Shown here one piece after another: positions 53,429 to 64,000 of a stretch of DNA of 64,000 nt. The notes under the pieces were generated by a model. It saw only the letters and a list, made by a program, of their open reading frames with translations, searched no databases and had not been told where the DNA came from. The stretch lies in contig OX597815.1 of NCBI GenBank assembly GCA_951406725.2, forward strand, positions 202,306,001 to 202,370,000. The letters are read 5' to 3'. How positions within the stretch are numbered: position 1 is the stretch's first letter; each line of letters begins with the position of its first letter. Origin of the DNA: Octopus vulgaris. Its lineage: Eukaryota. The translations under genes were made by a program, and so were the position numbers.

Positions 53429-55919
53429 CTGTGTGCTTTTCACTAGAAATAGAGATGCAAAGAAAAGAACAGATTGATCAGCAGACAGACTGAATGTACT
53501 GTGGCTCATTATAATACGCCTGGTTGCGTTCGGCATATTAAATAAAACTATGGTTGATCCCTATATACACAGTATAGTGAATAGAACAATTTAATACAAT
53601 GAGATTAACTGTACAAGACAGGAAAACGTAAGGACTTCTGAGTTACAAACATCCAAGTTAACTTTCTGTAATTTCACTCAGGATCTCTAAGTCCAAGATT
53701 AGACACTCCTAGATTACCCAAGAAATATATTCTATTGTGTCTGTGTTTCTCTTATTTGAAAGCAGTGAATGTAAAAAAAATTCAATTTTCTCACATATTC
53801 ATATCTGACACCTGGCACTAATCTCCAATAATGCTACATCGTTGTGAATTTCAGCGTCATTAAGTATTACTGATTTACAAAGAAACTATCAAACGTTTTA
53901 GTTCTCTATTCCAATCCGAAATCAAAATACACAACTGAATTACAACGTTTGTCAACAAAGTTATTCGTCTTTCTTTACTTCTATAATTGGGTCCCTTTAC
54001 TTTGTTAGAGCAATTATTTCGCACTTCTCACGTTTCTACTGCTGCAGTGATCGGAATGAGCTGTCTTAATGCCTGGTTAGAAAAAAATATTAATATAGCG
54101 AGAGATTTCTATCTGATAAGTAATCATATACTTATATACCTATACAAAATACAATAAGACTGGCGCTTCTAAACTGTGATATAGAAAGAAATAAAGGTAT
54201 ATATATTGGTACATGTACTTCTCACATATATCGATATGAATATATATAACATATCGTATATTCAGAGGATCAGACGTTACAAAATTCTCAGAGTTACAAG
54301 CAGAATAATGTAGCATAAGTGATGCCGTAGCAAAAATGAAATATTAACAATTAAATATAAAAAAAATAAATATAAATATAGGAGCAACGTTAAAAAAGAT
54401 TTGCAGAGTTTGTATAGATACAAATATATATGCTTTCAGATAAATTGCTGATTGCATATATTCATAATCTTATCAGGCTTATGCTCACCGTTCCTCACTC
54501 TGGTGCGAATATAATTATTTACTGCTGAATACTTCGAAAGTGTTGGGCACCCTCAATTAAATTTATAAAAAAGAAGTATTCTCTGTAGTGGAATGAAGTA
54601 GTTATTCGAATGCAGTAGTGTAATGAAAAAAGTAATTAAAGATTATCAGCTTTTGTTAAAACAAGCACGTTTCTTATATTTGGAGTGTTAAATTGCGTAA
54701 ATAAACATTTAACACGCTAATGGCAATCTGCATGCTGCCAGCATGCGATCTTAAATTGAACAGCAACACTTTGAAAGTGCCAAGACTTTTTGTTCGTTTC
54801 GATTCGGCATTTCTAGCAAAACTGTTCACACTGTTCACTCGTTAGCTACAGTGTCGAAATGTGTTTTATCAATTCTTTTACAACTTGTGTCTCATTACTA
54901 AATTTTTCTGATACACTATATGCTTAAATTACGTAATATCCCGTTAAAAGAGCAAGAACACATACGTCCTGCAAAACGTGGCAACTTCAAAGATGGATAG
55001 GGAAGTTCTAAAACGACTTCCATACGATAAAAAATAAACATATTTTTTCTGTCATATTTTTGTTCTGAAAACTAAGCTTTTTCAGCACAAACTAATTCTC
55101 GATTGAGAGAAACATTTGACCAAATTGGGTGTGTACTGTGCACATCTAATGCAGGTGGAAGAATTTACAGTGGTGCCGATTAAGCAAATATTTCCTTTTA
55201 TTGTCTGTAATTAAAAACAATATCTTAAGTTGTTGAATGTACTTATTTCATATTTCTTTTAAATCAACCACATGTATTGTAATATAAAACAACTTTAATT
55301 CCAGCTTTACGTTTTGTAATTGATAAATATTTGACAATAGAGAGAATCGTTATATTTCAAATGAAAAGCAAAGCACATATGTGACCGCTTTAATACTGTA
55401 AACGTTTAAAAATGTATACTTGATATATAATATCTGATTAAGAATTTATATAACATAAGATTTCAATGTTAGACTGGGGAAATTAAATTCAGATCTACGA
55501 TTTACATTAAATTTCAAATGATATATTGAACAACAGCAAGAATAGTTGGAAAATACAACTTTCCAATTTATATTTTCATTGTAAATTTTATTTAGCTTAT
55601 GGTGTTACCGTTGGTGATTTTAGTGTTTAGTATTACCTTTTATCATGGAAATAGTTATCTTGAACATGCAGAGACTTTGTATTTCTGAAAACATAGTTTA
55701 ATATATACATCTTTTTAAAATTTATAGAATTATATTCGTGGGGTATTTGGCTGTTATTTGAGCGTTCAGTTCAATGATATACAACGTTTTGTATATCATG
55801 GGAGCTAACAAATATTCGACGTGCGGATTTGTAGAAACAAAAGATAACACTGCGCAGGAGTATTTGTACGGTAAGAAGTTGGGTGGCAACTTGAGTAGTT
55901 GTCTTCTGCTATAGACGCC

Positions 55920-56640
55920 CCCTCCCCAGGCGGAAGTTTACTCTTCACGGCGAAATCAATGTTAGACTAGCTACGGCTACAAGGGCTTTTGGAAACCTTG
56001 CCCATCGTTTGTATTATGAGAACGATATCGATCTGAAAACGAAAATAGGTGTATAAAAATCTTATATTTTGAGCACACTTTTGTACCGGGCAGAAGCATG
56101 GGCTCCTACTATAGATATATAAAGAAACTTGAAACATTCCACTTGCGCAACATATGCAACAGAAAGTAGCAAGATAGGATATGCAATGCGAAAATATTTT
56201 TAAAATGTATTATCTTTAGTACCCAAAGCGTGCTGATGAAAATTCGATGCAGATGGGGAGGACATGTTGTTCGAATGAAAAATTATTACATTTCGAAAAT
56301 TCTTCTGTACGGCCAAGAATTGGAGGGATATCGCGGCAAAGGAAAACCTCTCCTTCGATATTAGAATACGTTACAGCAATCACTAAGATCTCAGAAGCTT
56401 AACTTGACATATTTGAATGCCATTGCCTAGATCCGTCAGTATGGCGTAGAATGTGTTACGATGCATCCAAAATTTTGAGGTGAAAAAGAAACAACAATAT
56501 AAGAACGAAACTCCGCAACCAACGGACACACTTTCCTAATCACAGGCAAAATCGAAATCATCAACGTCCCCATTGTGACTTCATAACAACATCTATGGCT
56601 GGGATAAAATTACATTCATGCATCCGTCACCCATAGATGC
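55920..56640 (+). mobile_element. Decayed RTE-clade LINE 3' fragment
   Basis: EINVRLATATRAFGNL..R...KTKI.V...ILSTLLY.AEAW...KKLETFH...RWGGHVVRM...KILLYG...R.KGKP.LRY. Confidence 0.85.
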
Positions 56641-56852
56641 AGCTTCTTAGTTTATTTCTTTTTTGTTTCTATTACAAATTTTAACTTGAAGCCCTAACCT
56701 TCAAACACACATACGGCGAAACCGACTGTAGCACCATCATATATATAAATTTATGTGCGTGTGTGTATGTGTGTGTGAGTGTATTTGCGCCTGTGTGTGC
56801 ATTATGTATGTATATATATGTATGTATAGATGCACACACACACACACACACT

Positions 56853-56920
<68 letters not shown>

Positions 56921-57040
56921 TGTATATATATGTGTGAGTGTGTTCCCCATAGACGCTTGATAACCGCTAATGCTTTTTTTTACGTCCCTGTAACTTAGCG
57001 GTTCCTCTATCCTTTATCGTGAAATGTAGAGCCAGAAGTA

Positions 57041-57272
57041 CAAGGCAGCGAGCTGGCAGTAACGTTAGCACGCCGGGCGAAATGCGTAGCCGAATTTCGT
57101 CTGCCGTTACGTTCTGAGTTCAAATTCCGCCGAGGTCGACTTTGCCTTTCATCCTTTCGGGGTCGATAAATTAAGTACCAGTTACGCACTGGGGTCGATG
57201 TAACCGACTTAATCCCTTTGTCTGTTTTTGTTTGTCCCCTCTATGTTTAGCCCATTGTGGGTAATAAAGAAA
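57041..57272 (+). mobile_element. SINE family C (young)
   Basis: Full copy with TSD agaagta. Confidence 0.92.
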
Positions 57273-59357
57273 TTAGAAGTATTGTCGTCGATTTTTTTCA
57301 TGTCAAGTTGGTGCCACTGAGCAATGGCTGAAACAACAAGCGAAGTTGGAGTGTCTGAGACGTGTAATTTTCAATAACTTTACAAAACTGCATCTTAATT
57401 TTTTTATAAAAGATTCGTATGTGAATATCTTATCGGTGTGGTTTATCGTCTTTAGAGTAAACATCATTTATTTAAACAATTTTATTCAAAATACACGCGT
57501 CTAACCTGTGTTGGAGGACTTCAAACCACCGTAGTGTTTCGACTTCATTGCGCGTCTCTACAGAGAAAGCTACTACGCAACAACAATGTATCGACAAGAG
57601 TAGGGCATGCCATTTATAATAATCTGCAAACAAATTATCTTCCTATTATAATTTATGATGATTGCTCATCAGCGAGAATCCAAACAATTGCATATTTATT
57701 CATTCTAAATACGTTCTAGCAAATTCGAATGTGAATATCAGATCAATGTTGGTTTTAGCTATCGGAGAACACCTCAACTAATTCGACAATTTGTGTGCAT
57801 AACACACGTTATTCACCCGTATAAGAGTACTCTCGGAATTAGAACTAGTCCTCTAAACATAAGATTATTTTCCTGAGTGTCTTTGGGGTGGGGTGCTGGT
57901 GTGAGCGTGAGAGGTATATGTACACATGTTCTGACCAACATACTTGTATAATATAGAAAGTGCTTGTAAATGTAAAAGCACTCTCAACCCATACTCTTTA
58001 AAGAAGAATGTCGACTACTATCATGTGAATGAGAATGCGATGCATCAGGTATTTCAAATGAATTCCGAGCGGGTGTCATTCGCGAGAATATTAGTTTTGT
58101 ACACAAAATGATTGTAAGGGAACCTATCATTTCATATATGATGTTTATTATTATTTGTATTGATACCTGATTGAGGAAGTAACAACACCACTTCCAACAG
58201 AAGTAAAACTCAGAGACGTAGCTTAATATTGCTGTCAGTTTGAAGGACGTCTTATTGAATCAGTCAGTAGGCATGGGTTCCTGCAAGATACAGGATATGG
58301 TCGATGTGAAAGATCGCATCGTCTGCTTATTACTGATGCCATCGCAACCAAAATGACGGAAGGAATATCGATCCAGGCCACTCATAAAGGTCAACGTAAA
58401 TAAAAGAAAACTGCAATACCTTTTTGATCGATCTGCTGTTGCAGACATTTCATACTGATATTTCATACCTGTCGGTATGTAATCTTATTTATTATTGCGG
58501 AATTTGCAAACTAATATGTTCCCCCTGCAAATGTGCATCACTATCATTAAATAATCTGGAAAGTAATTCATTAATTCGGGATATAGAATGTGTGTGTGTG
58601 TGCGTGTGTGTGTGCGTGCGTGCGTGTGTGCATGTGCGTGTGTGTGTTTGCATATGTACATACACACACACACATAATATATATATGTATTTATACGGAT
58701 ATACGCATATTTGTGCGTCAATAACTCCATGCATGTGCGCTTATGACTTTTCGTACAATGGAATCACCTTTTGTTTGAAAATGATGGGTCTATTATACAT
58801 ACTACATTAATTTCATTGAAAGAGAGTAAGTGACTACGGTAGTGTAAATATAATTGAGCTTTCAACTCCGAATCAAACAAGCAGAAATGACAAATCTTTG
58901 TTTTTAATAGACCAGAAATTATGTAATGCCTTGTAAATTGGAGAGAAATTTAGAATTCTAAGAGAAATAATGTTCGGCTCTACTAAGTCTAAGACATTTA
59001 ATAATGAGCAGTAATGAACGGTCATACGTAATTATTATTCAAGATGTTAATTTTAATATCTAGTTTGATTAAGATTGTAGTAATTATGCCAGTTAATGAG
59101 TTATGTTATTCCTATTAGAGCGCTTGTTATATTACACTGCTGATAAATATCTACTTACATAGTAACGGTGAATGCTTAAAGAGATCGATAACAATAGTTT
59201 AGTTAAATTATACAGTTTCATTCATTGTATAATTAGCATTTTGTATTTTAATTAGTCATTGATGTCTAGTGAATACAAACGAATAAGTTTTGCAAGAAAA
59301 TAAAATTTAGAGTTTTTCTCCGGCAGGATATGTAAAAAAACAGTTTATATATATATA

Positions 59358-59555
59358 TAGTTAATCCAAAGAAGAAAGCACAAAAAAAACACAACAACGC
59401 GAGGACGTGGAACAAAAATAGTATTATTGGACGTTCAGGAAAGGAGGAAAGGTTTAACGTTTCGAGCGGAGATCTTCGTCGGAAACATAGGAGAAGGAAA
59501 GATCCAGAAAAGGGAAGACAGAGGGAAAAAAATCGCCAACGGTACACACGCGATC
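59358..59555 (-). mobile_element. Short hammerhead-bearing element, family H2
   Basis: Homologous to 35580-35743; (TA)n flanks. Confidence 0.8.
59452..59486 (-). ncRNA. Minimal hammerhead motif (U4C core)
   Basis: Reverse complement: gttt CCGACGA a GATC tcc GCTC GAAA CG TT aaac. Confidence 0.55.
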
Positions 59556-59575
59556 ACATTTTATATATATATATA

Positions 59576-60163
59576 CTTAGATAACTTAGATATGTTTCGA
59601 CCAAAGATTGGTCCAGGCCATGTCTAACTTAATAGCACCACCTGATAGGATTATTCGAATCCTGTTTAAGTCAAGTTTTGTTCAAGTAGTAAGTTCTTGT
59701 TGGGTGAGTTGTATCAAGTTTTGTTCAAGTAGTGAGTTCTTGTTGGGTGAGTTGTATCCAGTTTTGTTCAAGTAGTGAGTTCTTGTTGGGTGAGTTGTAT
59801 CCAATTATGGGTGGCTTATCTGGTATTCTTTGAAGGAATCTATCCAGAGTCCGTTTAAAGTTGATGGCATCCTTTTCCTCTTTGATCTCCCTCGGGACAA
59901 TGTTAGATAGGGCAGGGCCTGTTGAGGAAAAGAAATTATGTTGGAGTGTACATGTATGTTGTGATCTTGAATTGGGCAGGGGACGTATGGCCCGTGGTCC
60001 CAGTCTTGGATGAACCTTGAAGCTAATGTTAAGTCGTTTGGGCAAAGTTGGCGGTATATTCTCCACATCGTACAAATGATGTACCGCTCACGGCGACGCT
60101 GGAGGGAGTAAAGTTTCAAGGCTTTAAGGCGATCCCAATAATCGAGAGCAGCCATGCCTTCAA
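59576..60163 (-). mobile_element. CR1 (17.7-kb family) 5'-truncated copy in (TA)n
   Basis: Near-identical to the reverse complement of 19349-19875; internal 43-bp triplication. Confidence 0.93.
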
Positions 60164-61791
60164 TATATATATATATTTAAATTTTCAGTTCTTATTAGTA
60201 ACAATAGCTTATTTCAACACAAAGAAACGGACTCATTTCTTTCAAATATCGATGTTTGCTTGAATTTAGTTCTTATCTCGCGATATAATGATATTGATAA
60301 ATGCAGGTATAAGTAAACTCACTGTCTTCTCTCCCAAACTTCATACAGCGTTATAAGACCATAATTACCAGACACAGCTGGCTGATTCGCTATCAATAGA
60401 CTCAAATGAGCTCGAAATTCGTTTTCTTTCATTGTCACCAATAGGAAAAAGATGCTCTTATGTACGCATTAATTTCTGTGAAACTACATGAATGAGTCTA
60501 AGAGAAATTACTACATATTACATTTTTGTTCTAAAGTTTTGTGAACACAACAGATTTTTCACTTTAGACGAGAATGATATTCAGATAATGTAACTGCGAT
60601 GTATTATTTTTACATTTTCATATAAATTGCATACAGAATCACAATTATATCAAAACTTTTTCTTCATATAGCTGAAATTATATTCCTGTATAATTACGGA
60701 AATATTAGTTAATTATAGAAATATTATAAGGACGTCTTTACACCCAGGTGGCAAGGATTAGGTAATCGGCTTAATAGACATAATAGTTAATACATGACAG
60801 AAAATACGTTACCTAAATTACACATTGTTGTATTGAAAGAAGCAATTGTTATAAAAGAAATTATAAATTGCACAGTGGTATTGAAATCTATGTAAAAGAC
60901 GTAGAGCAAAAATCCCTTAGCTGGTTTTAGACTTTAAAATAAAATCAAGCAAATAATGGATTACCCGTCCATTTAGAATTAATGATATTTTATAACTGAG
61001 AAAATATTACAAAATTAAAGCAATATAACCAAATTAGGAAAAAAAGTAATTTATTAATTAAATTTAAATCTTTTTTTTCGTTGGATTTAATATTTCAATT
61101 AATATTATCTTTTCACATCAGTAAAGGTTTCCAAAGGCGGCTTTGATGGATCAGCAGAGGCTTAAATTCTAGGCCTACTTTACATTTTTTACATAGTTCC
61201 CTATTTTTTTTTTTATTATATTTTATTGAGAACACAGCTATGATATTTTTATCTGTGATTGTTTATTTTAAAACGAGCGCACAAAATTAATTATAATTTT
61301 TATCAGCTTCCTTGCTTCATACAAATTTGATTAAATACGAAACAAAAGCCGGAACAAAGTTGCATCACCACTCTTTGTTTTGAAATATGCAACTGTTCAT
61401 TACAGTTTTTAATCGGCTTTCGCTTTTTATCCAATGCATAAAAAAGTATGACTAATGCTATTCATGTACAACCAATTACAAATTCCCACACATATATTGA
61501 AGTGTTATTAAGTACGTAAGGACTACATTATTTGTGTCTAAATTAAAATATAATAACTTCATTATCTTAAGATTATTCTCCAACCAATTGCACAGTCAGA
61601 TAAAAATAACGTGTAATATGGTGTTCTATGCCAGTTAGTGATATGTGCTAAAAGTCGTTTGATTTTGAATTAAATATTATTCAAAATTATTCACCAGTCT
61701 ATCCAAATGGATATACCTCACCATATCTAACTAAATCTACTTATTTCACCCTCTATATGTAAGCAAACACACGTACACGCACAAACACACT

Positions 61792-61822
<31 letters not shown>

Positions 61823-62085
61823 CAGAACGAAGGCAGCTATGCGCAATATAAAGCCAAAAGAAAAATTCAGTTGTCACTAATTGTGACTGAAAGTGCTGGG
61901 TAGAGTCTGTATTGCTAGTAATAAGATTTACAACCCTTAGAACTGCAATGAAGCACATTTTCATATACTGCCAGGGGCAATGGCAGCCTCCTCTCAGGAT
62001 ATTAAAACGTGCTCTCTTGCAGTTCTGAATGTTATAATTCTTATTTCTAGCAATATAGAATCTACACAACATCGTCAGTCACACA

Positions 62086-62130
<45 letters not shown>

Positions 62131-62170
62131 CTCTTTATATTTCTATATTATCTATCTAAATTTATACTTA

Positions 62171-62220
<50 letters not shown>

Positions 62221-62270
62221 CTATTTATATATATATATATATATTTATATGTATATATATATATCTATTT

Positions 62271-62320
<50 letters not shown>

Positions 62321-62324
<4 letters not shown>

Positions 62325-62475
62325 AGAGTTTACGAAAAAAACAAAAGACGGAGACAGGTGGTGTACAAAACATATATATTAGTATAACGCTCAGGAATAG
62401 GAAAAAGTCTTTTACGTTCCGAGCCTACGCTCTTCTACAGAAAGGGACACAGAAAAAACAAGGAGAGAAACAAGG
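62321..62475 (-). mobile_element. Short hammerhead-bearing element, family H1
   Basis: Reverse complement of 21555-21712; hammerhead at about 62409-62444 with CTGTAGA core and GAAA mutated to GGAA. Confidence 0.8.
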
Positions 62476-63043
62476 AGAGAAAAACGTGTGTGTAGTGGCT
62501 AACGATCTATCATGGCGACTGACTCGGACAGAAGGGTCACACACAAGGGGGGAAAGTTTAGAAAGTAACAAAATAAATTTTTAAATAAAGTAATGACAAT
62601 AATAACAGTTTTACGTAAAGTTCAAAGGTTTTTTTGATGTCGGGGTGTATTGCAAGGATTTCTCATCAAGAGTAAAGTCCACAGTGATCCGTATGTACGA
62701 GAGGTGCATCCGGAGGGTAAAGGACGAAGACACACACACACACACACACATACACACACGCACACATATATATATATATATACATACATATTTATCTTTT
62801 ATTAAACTTTTAATACTTTTGATATATAAAAAAAATTAATTAATTAATTAATTAATTAAATAATATATAAATATAAAAATATACATACATACATATATAT
62901 ATATTTGTATATATATATACAATTTATAAGTTTAAATTATTTAAATAATTTTTTATTTTTAACTCTTATATTTTTAAATTAATTTTATGTATTGGCTTAT
63001 GTTTTTCACTGTTTGATTTGCCTAATAGTGGTTTTATCGCTAA

Positions 63044-63104
<61 letters not shown>

Positions 63105-63129
63105 CACACACACACATATTGTGTTTTCT

Positions 63130-63990
63130 AGAGTACCTCCACGAAATCAAGTTCATTCCCCAAAGGTAGTGTGAAACTAAGTAAATTCACGATACCAGAC
63201 AAAGCAGCAGCAGAATTAATATTTAATGCAATGGACCATTTTCCCTTAACACAACTTGTGCTTGAGCCAAGACTAAACAAATTTTAACCTGATATTAACG
63301 AAGAATTCTAGTTCCATCAATTGCGTTTCAATTGAAAACACTCCTCTCTGACCATTACATTGAACTTTGCCACCTTATTTTCCAGCATACCAAAGCTACC
63401 CAGTCATTCTTGCTCAGCATTCTTGTACGACAGCAAAAATATTCACAAAGCAAAGTGGAGAACAATTAGTAAATATCTATAACTTATCGATTGGCAGCGC
63501 TCTTGGGACATTGTTACTTACATATGATCAAAACCAATTAATCTACTACCACAAACTGAATCCACAATCAGCGTGATTAAGAAGGTTGAATTTGAAACAA
63601 AAATATATGTAGATCAGCATGAAAGCCTTCAGCGACAAAGAAAGAGGTTCAGAGGAAACGGAGTAATCAAAAATGTCAAACAGAACCCAAACGTGTTCAA
63701 TTCATGTTCCAACAAGCACGGAATCACTGTCTCATCCATTGGTCTACTGATAGCATTCGCCAGCTTTACTCTAAAGGAATGTTAGAAGCATTTCAGAAAC
63801 AATATTGCTCTCTATTTAGTGCTTCCACTGATATCGATGTAAGTGATCTGAACGAATTCAACACCTAATACATTATCTCTGACACAACTTTTATTGGCTT
63901 AGACAGCTTAACAATAATAAATGAAATCAAGTATTATTCTGCATTAGGCTCTAATACATTTCCCCGCTATTATCCTGACAACAACTTCCA
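63130..63990 (+). mobile_element. Old CR1-clade LINE fragment (end of APE endonuclease into the pre-RT region)
   Basis: LTQLVLEP..LN....LT...SDH-like endonuclease motifs, then VIKNVKQNPNVF...FQKQYCSLFS, homologous to 17945-18270. Confidence 0.7.
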
Positions 63991-64000
63991 ATCCCTCAAA

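Noticed and set aside
58170-58470. GC-richer segment with short ORFs, possible host exon (also 1450-1700)
   Set aside because: No recognisable protein motif or convincing splice pair; needs RNA-seq or BLASTX

Overview
AT-rich, microsatellite-dense eukaryotic non-coding DNA. The SINE families resemble those of octopus, so a cephalopod origin is inferred from memory, not from a search. I could not identify any host protein-coding exon, and nearly all ORF-track entries are translations of (TA)n, (CA)n, (TATC)n, (TATG)n, (TAA)n or (GAA)n repeats or of SINEs. The window is mostly decayed retroelements. These include a near full-length Penelope-like element (PLE; RT plus GIY-YIG, Naiad-like motifs) with inverted and direct pseudo-LTRs at 35.8-39.4 kb, and at least two more PLE remnants the ORF track misses. 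There are also CR1-clade LINEs in (TA)n, R4/Dong RLE-type LINEs in (TAA)n, RTE fragments, a mariner relic and about 20 tRNA-type SINE copies of 4 families. The most notable hidden signal is about 10 minimal type-I hammerhead ribozyme motifs. They lie in PLE pseudo-LTRs and in short (about 170-350 bp) non-coding elements in microsatellites. Several carry recurrent non-canonical cores (CCGANGA = U4C, CUGUNGA = A6U). All structures were folded by eye and coordinates are accurate to a few bases.
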